Source of the DNA: Octopus sinensis
Lineage: Eukaryota
NCBI RefSeq assembly: GCF_006345805.1
Contig: NC_042999.1
Coordinates: 57,660,001-57,724,000 of the forward strand
Length of the DNA: 64,000 nt
Direction of reading: 5' to 3'
In this document: piece by piece, positions 36,919-51,027 of the stretch
How positions within the stretch are numbered: the stretch's first letter is position 1
Layout of the letters: each line of letters begins with the position of its first letter
Position numbers and translations under genes: made by a program
The notes under the pieces: generated by a model
What the model saw: only the letters and a program-made list of their open reading frames with translations
The model's database searches: none
What the model was told of the DNA's origin: nothing

Positions 36919-39900
36919 CGCAGTCTATTACTGAAGGGTGACAGTGTATACAGCAGGTCTTCAAGAATGGTTGGCAGTAAGAGCACAGGTGAAATGAATT
37001 CCTTCAAATACCTAAAAGGCTTCCTAAAAGTAGTTTGCCTTTGTTACTTAGGTGAACTAATTAGTAGTGGAGCTTCTAAAAGCTTAATAACTAGAGTAAT
37101 AATAGGGTGGTAAAAATGCAAGGAGCTATTATCTCTCTTGGCAACAAAGGGTTTTTCTCTTAGAGTAAAACATAGAGTGTATGATGTTTAGTTATGATGT
37201 GAAATGCTGTATGGTAGCAAGAGAAAGGCTTTGAATACAGAAAGAATTTGTGAAGGTTAGAAAGAGATGTAATGAGCATAAATTGTTGGATGTGTAATGT
37301 TAGTGTGCATGAACGATGAAACATAAACAAGTCAAAAAAAAAGAAAAAAGAAAAGCTGGAAATAAGAAGAATCAGATGTAGTGTGCAAGAGGAAACTGTG
37401 TTGATACAGGCCTGTGGTGCCTATGAAGGATATCAGTTGTATAAAGTAACATCAATCACTTGAGGTGAATGGGACTTATGGAAGAGAGAAACCTAGGAAG
37501 ACAAGGGACAAAGTGGTGAAAAATCAGTCTCGAGAAGCTGAACCTCACGAAAGGCATAACAAAGTACCCTTCTTTACTGTTAACCATCATTCTCTTTCCT
37601 CCATATCACCTTTCATTGGCAGCCATTGCTTTCTCTAACCATCACACATCTTTTACTGCCATCCTTCAACCTTTCATCTTCCCCCTTACATTAATCCCTC
37701 CTTGGTTACTCTTCTTAGACATAGATCACTACTCTTTATTATATCACTCTCACTGACTTCTGCTATTGCTTCTTTTGTTGCCTTCCTCCTTCCCATCATG
37801 TAACTGCCTATCACTGTCTCTCTTCCATTACTCTCTTCTCTGCCACCTCCTCACTTTTATTGCTCTATTTCCTTTCTCATACATGATTTCTATTCACCCT
37901 CTTGGTCATATTTAGCCTTGAACAAATGAGAGCAATGTAGAGTAAAGAGGACTCATTAGTCTTACAGGAGACATGGTAATCTCTCTAGTGCTGGTGCCAC
38001 AATAAAATGCATCCACTACACACTGGAAAGTGTGAATGGATGGAAACAATGTGGGGTAGAAAGAACAGTTTAGTCTTGCCAAACACCTGTCTAGTGCTGG
38101 CACCATGATAAGATGCTTTCAGTAAATTTTGTAATGTGGGTGGTGTTAGAAATGATATCAAGTTATAAAAACCAAACCAAACCAGACTGGGATGCACAAG
38201 CAAAACACAGTTCCTCAATCCTTCGAAGAAAGGATGTGATTTGGACCACAAGGAGTTGTTCAACCCATGACAGTGTTAAAAGTAGAAGTAAAATAATGAT
38301 GATGGTGATGATGTATAAGTGAAAGAAAAATGCTACAAATATTTAACAAACTGTAAAAAAAATGATTTCAGATAAAAGAAATTTTCTATTTAAAGAATTT
38401 TAAATAGATGTAGAATAAATCAATTATCCGTTATCCCTCACCACATATACACACATTTGCAATGCTTACTTAATTGAATGCTTAAAGGAGATAAAATCTA
38501 ATTTTCTAAGAAAATCATTAAACAGTCAATATCCTTTCAGAGCTACTGAATTATGTTATCAACGTACACTTATTTACAGTAAACTATGTCAGAAACAGTA
38601 AGACAGAATCCACCTGGCCATTTCTTATTATGCAATGTAAATAGTCTATAGATCAGCACTCATATTTTTGTTCATCCAACTGCACTGAGTTATCTTAGGA
38701 CATTTATGGATTTTTAAGTAGTGTAATGTCAATTTTTTTAATTGACTGGTTGCCAATACAGTCCATCACTATTTCTTTAGATTCTACCATTTTGCTTTAC
38801 TGTTTGAGAGATATAGCAAGTCAAGTTGATAGGATACTAACCTAACAGCCAAGGGTCTAAGTGTTTATGGTTAGACATCATTGATGTACTGTGTGTGTGC
38901 CCCTCATCTCCCCTTAGCTAAGTCTATCATGAGAAGCAAAAAATAATACTAAATCATTAATGAGGATTTTATAATCCTACAGCATACCATACCAAAAGTT
39001 TGTCATTCTGGAGAAGAATTCTCCACCTCCAAAGTGACTTGCGCTAGTTTAACTACATGAAGATGAATATGTAGTGTCCCAAACAACCACATGGGTTATG
39101 AACTTATTAATCACACACACACACACACATACACACATCTAAACCACTTGGCTATGAGCTTTTGTGATCACAAAGTTATGGGTTCATTTTGTGGACCAGG
39201 TGGAATGTTGTATCCTTCAGCAAACTCAGCTGAAAATGAGTACCAGCCCAGTGTTGATGCAGCCCTCTTTTCCTTCAACTGTCACATTCTGGATGTTCCG
39301 ATGAGTTAAGGTGGGAGGGCCAAAAAGATGTCTATGTTTGCTTGTGACTACATAGGCACCGAAAACAATTAACAAAAGCACATTATTTTTCATACTCGTC
39401 ATCTCTGAAGAACACCTGGTACTACTTAACCATGCAGTTATCTAGTATCCAGTTATTTAATACCCTGTGCAAAATCTATTGGTAATATTGGCTGAAATGG
39501 ATCTATAATACTTTGATTAATATATATCATCATCATCATCATCATCACCACCATTTAACATCCCTTTTCCCTGCTGGCATGGGTTGGATGGTTTGACAGG
39601 GTTAGCTAGGCAGAAGACTGCACCAGGCTTCACTGTCTGTTTTGGCAGGGATTTTATGGTTGGATGCCCTTCCTAACACCAACCACCTTACAGAGTGGAC
39701 TGAATATCTTTTATGTGGCACCAGCACTGGTAAGGTCTGTTTTGGCATGGTTTTTACAGCTGGATGCCCTTCCAAATACCCACCACTTCACAGTGTGGAC
39801 TGGATACACCAGCACTGGTAGGGGTCACCAAGTAACTCACAAGACAAAGATACATATCTTCCTGGAATTCTTATAAAATAGAAAAAAATACTCGAATACA

Positions 39901-40837
39901 GATAATCAGTAAGTTTGAGATAGAGTCTAAGTAAGAACACCTTTCTAAAATTATTTATATTTGCATGTGTTCTTGTTATTTTCAGGACAGTGTGTCAATA
40001 AATCTTAAATATTCTAAACAACAGTAAAAGAAAATGAATAAAATGTAACAGGTGTCAGTAAAAAATTGCACTAGATTACAGCAATGAGTTCAGAACCAGT
40101 TTCACAAGCATCTGTTTGTTATTGTACTAGTATACAGCCTGTCATTTTTGAAACAGAATAAATATCATTGAGTTCCATTGAAATATGGCTAATATATTCA
40201 AAAAGAAATGAAACTAACACAAACTGGAAGCAAAACAATTGTTTTATAAGACAAAACCTTTCTTTTTTTGAGGTCTACAGACATTAGCAATAGTGCACAT
40301 AAGGCCTTGGCAATACTGGTCAATAATCTCACAGAGGTTCCTCTGTCCAGCATAATGTGAGTGTTGCCACTGGTTAATGGATGACTTATTTGCCAAGATT
40401 GCAAATCTACTTTACTATTTCCAAAGGCTTCACTTGTAACCCTTGGCCAAATATCTATCAGGTGCTATGCATTGCCAAAAGGCAGTCCCTGTTTGATCCA
40501 GGATGGCATAGTTCTATATCTTTAGGCTGTTTCCCTATCTGCCACCTTGTATAGATGTTGTTGTCTCTCCAAATCTATCCATGTGGTCTAGTGGTAATGA
40601 TTTCTAATTGAATCAAGTCCTAGAGAGTTGTCATGAGTGACATGATTGAGTTGAGCAGATCCAAGCCAGTTCAACTAGATTATGATGATAAAATAAAATA
40701 CATAAACATGAAATATATATTTAACATGTTCCACAAACACAAAATATATTTTTTCAAGCAACACAGGTAGATGTAGCTTAAAACAGCCAGTTTGTTTTGT
40801 GACATCAGACAGAGACTGCTCTTATTATAATATAGGT

Positions 40838-41240
40838 TGTAAGGCAGTGAGCTGGCAGAAATGTTAGCATGCCGGGCGAAATGCTTAATGGTATTTCGTC
40901 TGCCATTACGTTCTGAGTTCAAATTCCGCCGAGGTCGACTTTGCCTTTCATCCTTTCAAGGTCGATAAATTAAGTACCAGTTACGCACTGGTGTCAATAT
41001 AATCGACTTAATCCGTTTGTCTGTCCTTGTTTGTCCTCTCTGTGTTTAGCTTATTGTGGGTAGTAAAGAAATAGGTATTTCCTCTGTCATTATGTTCTGA
41101 GTTCAAACTCTGCCAAGGTTGACTTTGCCTTTCATCCTTTTGGGGTTGATAAATTAAGTACCAGTTGCATACTGAGGTTGATCTAATCGACTGGCTCCCA
41201 CCCCAAAATTTTCGGGCTTTAAGCTTAGAGTAGAAAAGAA
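40838..41240 (+). mobile_element. Family B SINE, head plus two body units
   Basis: Junction aaagaaata|ggtatttcc, as at 3995-4418. The first unit retains CpGs; the second is decayed. Confidence 0.85.
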
Positions 41241-42218
41241 TATAGGTTGTTCAGCCATAGGCCAGCTCTACAATCAAAGCAAACCTACAATCAAAGCATA
41301 CCATCTTATTTTCAGACACAAATCTATCTAGACTACATCATCCCCTGTGTCCTTCCATTTTTTAAAGATAGTAAGATGTGATTCGAGTGAAATTTAGCTG
41401 TTACTTTTAAAAGGTCATGTAATTAAATTGAGACTACTTTTTGCTTCACTTTTTGCCTCTGTATCTCTTCTCTGTCAAGATTCCAATGCTATTAATATAT
41501 CTCCAAGTTATCTCACCATTATCACAATCAGCCTTAACTCTGTCAAATTTTCTACACTCAACCCATTCTATTTAAAACAATACACAAACATCTTTGTTAC
41601 TTCCAGTCATCTTTTGCTGATATGAACTCTTTGTTGCTATCATTGTCAACAGCACAATTACATTCTAAATGTGATGGGATTGCCTGTAAAAAGGAAAGTA
41701 TTGCCTAATGTAGTCAGATAAAAAAAAGGCATGATGTCCATGGCAGGAACACCTTTGATTATAAGCCTGCTCAATAAGATCTGCCTTAAGTCAAAGCAAC
41801 AACAATACCCACTATCCTTGATAAACAAGTTTATAATATAATGTTCTTAATCTGATGAATAGTTTATTGAATGATTCCTAACTGAATTATTACTATTAGA
41901 AGAAAAACTGCCTTGCAAGTCATTATGATAATTATGATAGACGCTTAGATGAAATATGATGTATAAGTGTCCAGTTGTTTCATCAACTGGACAACTTGCT
42001 CATTGAATTAGTATGTGAAGTGGCTGAATACACAAAGAGATGCGTGTTTTTCATGTAATTCTCACGTAAAATCAGCATGTCACAAATGCAACAAAGCTGG
42101 TCTTTGAATTAGAGATTCACTCCATTTGAAAAGCCTCTATACAGTTCCCATTTATTTAGATTCATTCACATGGCTTGGGTCGATCTAAGGCTGTATGTAT
42201 AGTAATTATCATCTTGTC

Positions 42219-42362
42219 AAGGGTCATCTTAGCAGCATTTTGGGATCCCAGGCAAAGCAATGCACTGAGATCTCTATATACATAAATTAGCATTTGGTCC
42301 CTTAGTTTGTGAGGCCCTCCCTGGGCAACTGACCAATGTGCCCATGCTAAAAGATATCACTG
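42219..42362. mobile_element. hAT-like MITE remnant
   Basis: Ends agggtcatcttagcag and catgctaaaagatatcactg resemble the cagggccgtcttaa...ttaagacggccctg MITE type. Confidence 0.5.
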
Positions 42363-43487
42363 CATCTTGATTATATATATAGGACTACACGTTTCAATAT
42401 ATGTTTGCTTAATTCAAAATAGTAGGGTGTGATTTGACTGCAGTTTCCAACAGACTTAGCAACAACTGAATTGTTGTGTGTGATTGCCGAACTCTTTCAT
42501 ATCTGATGGTAAAAATATTTGGTGTTAAGAAGAGTGTTTAAAAAAACTTCATTATGACTATTCAATTATTTATGTAAACATTTAGATTTCAGACAAATCT
42601 GAAACTAGTAAAATAAAAGAGTAAAGTTGTATAAAAATACGAAAATGGATTTCATTTGGTATGTAATACAAAATATTTTCATTTTAATAACAATAAATAT
42701 ATATTACTACAAATTTTGAAGCCATTCAAAATAGCTTAGTTAAAAGAGTTTTTAGACTAAAGATCTAATGCTCCCTGGTTCAATGTCAGCTTTGATATAT
42801 TGACGAGATTCTGTTTTGTTCTGGGAATTATTACTGACCAAAATTTTAATAATTTAACTTACTTAGTGAAGGAATGTGAAAAAGGGGAACATTACTGCCA
42901 CAAACATACATATCAGCATATAATAATCATGTTTGAATGACTTAATAATGTTTAATTGTTTCTGATATGTTAGCACCTTAATTAGGACAATGGCAATAGC
43001 AATAATGGTTATGATGTCAATGATGATGATGGTAATAATGATGAGAAATACAATGGAAACAGCAACTACAACTGGCATGGCAGTGTGGTTAAAAAGTTTG
43101 CATCACATCACATGGTTTCAGATTCAGTCACAGTGCAATGTGCTTTACATAAATATCATTTACTATTGTCTCAAGTCAGCCCCAAGCCTTGTTAGTGAAA
43201 TTAGATAGATCAAAACTGCACAGAAGCCCATTGGATGGACTGTATATTATTGGGTGATTTTAGCAAAGTCGTCTCTGTTGCAAGCATTCAATTTAGATCT
43301 CAGAAAAATGTCTTTTCTTAGACTGATCTCAGAAGTCCTGCAAAAAGGCAACAGGTACAACAGTTTTTACCCTGACTAAGCTATTAAAAAAAAAAAGCAA
43401 AATCAAATATCAGTCCCTTGCAACTATAAGAATTTGAGTCACATCTACCCAAACTAAAAGCTGCATAAGATATATATTTAAAGGTAA

Positions 43488-43937
43488 TCTATACATATAA
43501 AGCTGAAGTTATCTGTGTGTGTGTTTGTGTGTATGTGGCAGGTTTGGTAGCCTTCAACTAACACTATCTTCTCTGAGACCCTGCAGTGCAAGTTGACCAA
43601 AATTGAGAGTATGATAGAAGACTTGTTCTTCATTTCATAGAAGAAAAAATTCAAATCGGACCATGTTAAAACCAAAAATTATTTACATCAAAAAGGTGCT
43701 TTTGTTCTATGAAAATCCCTATTTTTTACGATTTTTTTACTGCTGTGTCGCCATTTTTCGGTGTATTTCAACCAGAAAAAGTTTTACTTAAAGAGAATAA
43801 CAAGCTATATAATGCAAAATTCTTACTTTTCAAAAAAGATTGAAACTATGTCAAACCTTTGTTAATGCAACATCAAAGTCTGCCATTTTAAGCACAACTA
43901 AAAAACAAACCTGAGCAACGCCAGGCTATACTGCTAG
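43488..43937 (+). mobile_element. Non-autonomous Helitron, 450 bp
   Basis: Begins a|TC (43488); ends cctgagcaacgccagg hairpin then CTAG|t (43937). Same terminal design as 32641-34010. Confidence 0.85.
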
Positions 43938-46189
43938 TCATTATATTATAATATATAATGTTATATTTTTAAAGGTAATCATACTACTCTTCTAACTTAT
44001 CTGAAGAAATTTTTGTGCCAGAAATCTTGTCCAAATATTGAACTTGAATTCTCCAATATCCCTGGTGGAGTGCCAGTGAGGAATGTTAAAGAGGGAATAA
44101 AAAATCATACCATATCAATGTTTGTAATGAAAAGCTGGTGTAGAAATATGAGATGATATATTTCAAAGAAAAGAAAGTAATGATTTCTTATATATAGGCA
44201 CAAGGCCACCAATTTTGGAGAAAGATAGGGATAGTTAAATCAATGTCAGTACTTGGCTGATAATTATTTTGCTCACCCCAAAATGACAATACAAAATTGA
44301 CCTTCTCAGAACATAAAAGGACATAACTAAGTATGATATACCACTCTATCATTCCTGCCATCCAAAAATAATAATAATAATAATTTATTACTATATATTA
44401 TAATAATATAAAGTATATTAGCATTCCAAGGAGTAAGCAACATCAAGTAAATATACAGATGAAAAATAGCTTCTTGTTCCATCTCACATCAGCTGAGATA
44501 GAATAAACCTATAGCCAAAGGCATTCCAGCTATGGTCATTCTACCTGCTTTTTTTCTTTCTTCAAACTTATGTTCCTTGTGTAAGATGGTAAGATCTGAT
44601 AAAGGGGAGATCTAGCTGCTATTTTTAGCCAGCCAAACGACCACAAGGAGGTTCCCTCATAGGTGAAACTGATATTTTGATAGATGACTTCCACATAAAT
44701 GGGGGTGGTGAAGTCAATGACTGACTAACATCATATTCACTTCAAACTGGATACATATTACTTTTAAGATCTGGTATCACAGCTGGTAGAGTCGTTAGGG
44801 TACTGGCTCACAAAAGAAAGGATCAATGACTCCCTCTTTATAATACAAGTATGGCTGTACAGCTAAGAAGTTTATTTCACTATGTGGTGTCAGCTTTAAT
44901 CCTTTAGCATTTGGATTACTCTTTTGAAAATAATGCTTATTTATTCACTATGGCTTTCTGGGGTGAATGGGAAAATGAAAAGATCTTCACGACCACCCTC
45001 AGACAGTTTTGAAAGCCCATAGAAAACTGTGGATTTGTATAAAGGACACACAGATACACAGACATTTTACCATTTATAGATACAGGGATAATATCTCTGA
45101 AAAGGACACAACAATGGTAGCTACTATTTTTCCACTGAAATCTTAAGCTTCTGTTGGTCTGCTCCTAGTAGATCCAAGCAACACTAAAACCTTAGGACCA
45201 CGATTAAGACAATAGGAAACTACTTTAGAGTATTTTATTAGAGATACTATGAGAGGTATGCTAAAGAGAGAGCACGAGAGAGAGAAAGAAATTAAAGTAA
45301 AGCAGGTTAACAGTTCAGTTGATATCACAACCAATGCACAGTACCCATGGCCATCCAGAGATTTTACTAGATAGTACCACAAGGTCATAAAATCTGCTAC
45401 AAAAAGCAGTAGCAACACTATAAAATCGACAAGTATTGTTTACTTGCAGTACTGCATTCAACATCACTTAAAAGTATGGAACGTTTTTCAGGAATGCTGG
45501 AAGACACTCAGAAACTGCAGGAATCATTGAAAAAAAAACGTGTGGGCTTGCATGTTGTTGCTACTGATGATTAACCTCAAGTCAGATCCAATCAAGAGGT
45601 ATTACCATCCAATATTTTTTTGAAAACAGTATATCAAGGACTACATTATTTTTAGCCAGAGGAATGTACCATCACTGGCTTATGTGGCTCAAGGTAAATG
45701 ATGATAATGTTGATTGATAAAATATATTAGAGTAGAGTACAAGAGTGCACGCACACACACACACACACAAGGTGTTTGGGCTAAATTTGATAATATTTTA
45801 TGCCACTTTTTTCAAGAACAGCTTGATGTATTAGTAATCAGTCAATGACATCAGGGAGCATAAAGGTTGAAGTTATAGTTGAGAAAAAGTTAGCTGATAT
45901 GGATTTCTGAAAGTCATCTGAATACTGAAAAAAAGTTACCTGTATCATTAATCGTGCCTGGTATCAAAATACCAAAGACGTGACATGGACAGCAGCAATG
46001 GAGATTATGAAACCATGGCCAGCAGGAATGGACAGACATAGTAGCCATTCTAACTGCATCTGTCAATCAGAAGTCATCCCCACACCTTTGAACAGGGCTT
46101 TAGGCTCAATTAAGACAGTTATGTAAAGCTGCTGGAGATTGTGGTAAATCCCTGGCTGGAGAGGGCTGCTGTTGGCAGGCCATATGTGT

Positions 46190-46545
46190 GGTAGCAGGAT
46201 TCAGCTCTGTCCTATACTTTTGGAAAGAGTCAGAAGTAGCTTCCAGAGATAGAATACAAAGACCAAGCTGGTGACCAAGATCAAGTTGTTCAATGATCTT
46301 TCTAGGGACACTGTAAAGAATGCATGGGCCAGTTTCCAGAGCCATCTTGAGGTTATGGTGGAAGCTGAGGACAGCTACCTTAAGTAAACTGTTATCTCCC
46401 AACCATAATCTATTGGGTTGTCTGGAAAGTTCATGCCAATTTTCAAAGGAAACAAAAAGGTCAATAAATACTTGCCATTACATTTTTAATCAACCAAATA
46501 TGAACCATTTTGTTGCACAATGCATCTCCATCTTTCCTTTAACTT
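46190..46545 (+). mobile_element. Tc1/mariner-like transposase C-terminal remnant
   Basis: agaatgcatgggccagtttccagagccatcttgaggttatggtggaagctgaggacagctac reads NAWASFQSHLEVMVEAEDSY, similar to ACA.F..RLEAV.EA.G.Y. Confidence 0.5.
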
Positions 46546-46659
46546 GAAAATACCCTCTTCCCAGAATTGAGGTGGTTTCATGGCAAAGAATTCATCAAGG
46601 TATCTAACCTGGTGTTAGAACTCAATATTCATACTCTTCAGAACAAGGAGTCAGTCAAA

Positions 46660-47078
46660 TACTTTCTTTTACTTGTTTCAGTCATTTGACTGTGGCCATG
46701 CTGGAGCAACGCGTTTAGTCAAGCAAATTGACCATAGTAAGCCTAGTACTTATTCTATCGGTCTCTTTTGTTGAACTGCTAAGTTACAGGGGACGTAAAC
46801 ACACCACCATTGGTTGTCAAGCGATGTTGGGGGAACAAACACAGACACACAAACATATACACACACATACATATATATATATATATTATATATATATATA
46901 TTATATATATATATATACGACGGGTTTCTTTCAGTTTCCGTCTACCAAATCCACTCACAAGGCTTTGGTCAGCCTGAGGCTATAGTAGAAGACACTTGCC
47001 CAAGGTGCCACGCAGTGGGACTGAACCCAGAATCATGTGGTTGGTAAGAAAGCTACTTACCACACAGCCACTCCTACA
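46660..47078 (-). mobile_element. Family A SINE, full length
   Basis: Reverse complement of 35738-36115. ORFs 46728-46985 and 46814-47047 are by-products. Confidence 0.9.
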
Positions 47079-47220
47079 CACACACACACATATATATATT
47101 TATATATAAAGCCTTAAACTATGTCGATGTAATTTCTTATGTAATACAAATTGATCAATACTAGCATAGAGCATACTAATAGTATAATCTAGTTGACATC
47201 CTAGAATAACTATGTCTGCA

Positions 47221-47295
<75 letters not shown>

Positions 47296-48009
47296 TGGCA
47301 GTATTGGGAACAGAACTATATTTGTAAATAGCAAAATGAGTGTGTATGTGTGTCATGACTAATTGACTGAATGAACCAGAATAAGCAAGTGAAAAAGCAA
47401 GCATGATGAGCAAGCAACTGAATGAAAGAGTAGGTGAATGAATGAGTGTGTATGTTTCTGAATGAATGAGTGTGAGTGAGCTAGTAAATATACATTTTGT
47501 TGAGTATTCTAAATGGACAGAATCAAATAATATAAGGCAATTTAATCAAGTATACTTCTGGACTTGTAACAAATATAAGAGTTTTTTCATGTAGGTAATT
47601 AGGCCAGTAATATTCAGAGAAGGGTAGTGGTTGATTGAATAAATTCAGTAAATGGTTGGCTCTTATTTTATCAACCCTGAAGAGAGGAAGGGCAAAGTCA
47701 ACTTCATGGTGAATTGAATTCAGAACATAGGATGCTGTATCTAAATATTGCAGTATCAGTTTTGCTATCCACTAAATCTTGCGACAAAAATAGAGATGTT
47801 AATCATAATAATGATTTTAAGATAGGCAGGAAGGCTATATTTTAGACATAACCAGGCCAATGGATGCTTTTCAGAGTCCACTCTGTTGCAAGCATTTCTG
47901 CCAGGATAACTTCTTCACTTCCTTCCACTAGCCCCTAATGCTCTGAAAAGGGGTCATGGATACTAACCTTCCTTCCCTGACTAAGACATTTTTAAAAAGA
48001 AATTATTAT

Positions 48010-48615
48010 AGGTGCAGGTATGGCTGTGTGGTAAGAAGCTTGCTTACCAACCACATACCTCCAGGTTCAGTCCAATTGCATTGCTCCTTGGGCAAGTGTT
48101 TTCTACTATAGCCCCAGGCCAAACAAAGCCTTGTGAGTGAATTTGGTAGATGGATGCTGATAAAAGCTTGTCATGTGTGTGTGTGTGTATTACATATATA
48201 TATGAACTATAACCCATTTGTCTTCTTTCTTTAATACACACACACACATATTAAAGAAAGAAGACAACTGAGTTAAGGTTCACTACAGCTTTTTCAGATG
48301 TGTTTTGTTCCTGTTGATGAATAATTTGATTGCATCATGAAAACAGAAGTTTTCTTCTGGTGAATTACAATATAAGATTGTGTGTGTGTGTGTATGTGTG
48401 TGCGCCTTTGTATTTTTCCCTCACCACCAGTTAACAACCAGTGTTGGTTTGTTTATGTCCCCATGAATTAGCAGTTTGGCAAAGAAACTGACAGAATAAA
48501 TGCCAAGCTTAAAAACAGAAATTAGTAATACTGGGGTGAATTTGTTCAACTAAAACCCTTCAAGACAGTGCCCCAGTATGGCCACAGTCCAATGACTGAA
48601 ACAAGTAAAAGATGA
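48010..48615 (+). mobile_element. Family A SINE, older, split by ~180 bp
   Basis: Head half at 48010-48200 and tail half at 48380-48615; CpGs converted. Confidence 0.75.
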
Positions 48616-50348
48616 AAGATATCTATTATCTACCAGCCTAGTTATAATGAAGATACAGAACACATCTAAATTAATAGCAGCAGTTTATTCACTCAGTTTA
48701 TTTTGACTATACATGATGAAATTTCTTAAGACAAGTGTGTCTGTTAGAGACGAGTTCTAATTTTTGAGGCTAGGCCCTCCTTCAAAGAGGGCTCAGAACA
48801 GTACTCACTTCTCAATATGGCTCTCAAACTTACCTTTATTTTATATATTCTGTCAAAATACATTGACAACAAAGATCATCACAAGTTTTGTTTGTTTCTA
48901 GTTTTTATCTATAACTTTACATAGCTCTGGTTGGTATAATTATCCCTTATGGGTGTATGATTATATACTGCCTCAGAGAGTTAAACACACCCTACCTTGC
49001 ATGGTTAAACGACTGTTTTGTCAATATAGTTTCTCATTAGAACTGAGAACATGCCATGCCATGTGGTAGCATTGATGGTTTTTGAAATCCACAGCATCTT
49101 CCAATCAACTGTGTTGTAATGACCACAACTGACATACTTAATGACCTGTTCATGCCACTGAAAAACAGTTACACTTATCTTTAGAAATTTTATCAAGTGA
49201 AACTGTAGTCAGAATAAATTATTATATTTCCCAATGAGTGCTTTTAGCAACTTGCAAAAGCTAGCAATGCTTACAAAAAAATAAAATACTTTTGCAAGCA
49301 GCCTTTATTGTTATGTTCACTCATACATTCAAAGGATTGTTTAGTGGGTAGTGGGTGGATAACTATGAAAGCAATTATGATCGCTAGCACTGTATGGCAG
49401 CAGAAAGAGAATTATCACATGAAAGATAAATTTACAGTCAGAAATATCTTACAGAGATTGTCAGTAAATATAGTTTGAAACGAAAACTGACTACTAACAA
49501 AAATAAGTGGAAGAGCTGCACGATTATCAGCCAATGCTGTATGAATAGTGTGCACTCCCTCTTGCTTTAAGTTATCATGCTGAAAAGTGGGTACCATACC
49601 CACTTTATGGTTGGATGAACATGCAACCATAAAACATTTTAGCAATTGCTGTAAATATCCACATTTACAGAACCACCCAATATATGCAAAATGTAAAATG
49701 GAAAAAAAAAGACATTTTTTTATAGACATAACATTTAAATAATGATTTATTTATTTCGTTAATTTTAATTACCCTGGCCATGTAACCTGTTTTGTTTCTG
49801 CATGAGAGACAGACAGACAGAGAAAGTGTGTGCATGTGTGTGCATGCGTTTGTATGCATGTATGTGCATGTTTGTGTGTGTGTGTGTGTGCATGTGCATG
49901 CAGGTGAAAGAAAGAGAGATTGTGTATCTGTGTCCATACTTTTATTAGTGACTTACTGTGCAAACAACCCATCTCATTAATATGTCCGACCTATGCCTGC
50001 ATAGAATAATGGTTGTTAAAGCAACAACACTACACATGGTGGTGGTGGTGGTGAAAAGTACAACTATAATGGTGTACAATTGTATTGATGATGACAATGG
50101 TTCCATTTAATGTTAAACTATATTGCGGTATTTTCACAGAAATCATTGTAAACAAGGATGGTGTTTCACGAGCCAATTACTACTTTAAAGTTTTAATATT
50201 TTATTGGAGGAGTAGGATAGCTGCTTAGGATAGTTATGGATCTTCCCAGATTGAAGAATTCGCTATGGTTGACGTTTGAGTTACTGTAGGAAAAAGTATG
50301 GGGCTGGAGAAAGGAGTTCTAGCAGATATAGTACTGGAGTAGAAAGAT

Positions 50349-51027
50349 TAACCCTTAAGCATTCAGATAACTCTGTCAAATGTAATGCATATTCATTCAC
50401 ATTCTTTTGAATTAATCTTGTATTAACTTGTAGCTTTCAGATTTGTATGATGTGACTGTTTATGATTTGAATGACATTGTCAGGTAGGTGTGAGAGGCCA
50501 AATCTGGCCAGTCTGAAAATAAAACAGGTAGAACATTTTGGGCCAGATATGACTGTGTAGCGGCACAAGCAGCCAGCGCCATATTGGATGAGACCTCACG
50601 GCAACCGTTGCCATCTCCGAGAATGGAGTGCGACCTCACCTGCATCCATTTGCCATGTGTGAGATCACAACGAGGCTCGCAATGGAAACTATATAAACGG
50701 AAAACCGATTCAGACCTGTCTTTTCGGTGCCACTACTCAGCAGCACTGGTTGAACACCACCACTGGCAGAGGCTTTCTGCCTGTCTATCTCCAGAGGTAA
50801 TGTGCCCACACTATCGGAGCTTAAGATGGTAGCTGAGAGTAGCACACTTCACCTTTCCTGTAAATAAACCAGTTGTATATAGCAGTTGTACTTAAAGTCT
50901 ATTTTCTTCACCTGCCAGAAGCCTGAACTACATAAAGAACAAGAAGATGATGGAAGGAGATGATATTCCTCCGATATCGTAAACCTTGCCTTCCATTATT
51001 AAAACTGCTCTGAATGCTAAAGGATTA
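50349..51027. mobile_element. piggyBac-like MITE interrupted by LINE-derived sequence
   Basis: The MITE body (50349-~50555) matches 17513-17741 and its right end gaatgctaaaggattaa reappears at ~51011-51027. The intervening sequence has RTE-like motifs on the minus strand (LKLR*CGHI, SEMA). Confidence 0.6.

Noticed and set aside
41560-41700. Strong minus-strand acceptor followed by AIPSHLECNCAVDNDSNKEFISAKDDWK
   Set aside because: Open only in phase 0, with stops in the MsrB-compatible phase and a weak donor; nothing recognisable.
45340-45375. SGWP on the minus strand, resembling MsrB SG.GWPSF
   Set aside because: Context SKISGWPWVL does not fit. The true motif must lie upstream of NVTFKDD, beyond 64000.
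50441-50483. Plus-strand 43-nt exon with good splice sites (xLYDVTVYDLNDIV)
   Set aside because: It lies wholly within a multicopy MITE (homologous to 17513 and 34560).
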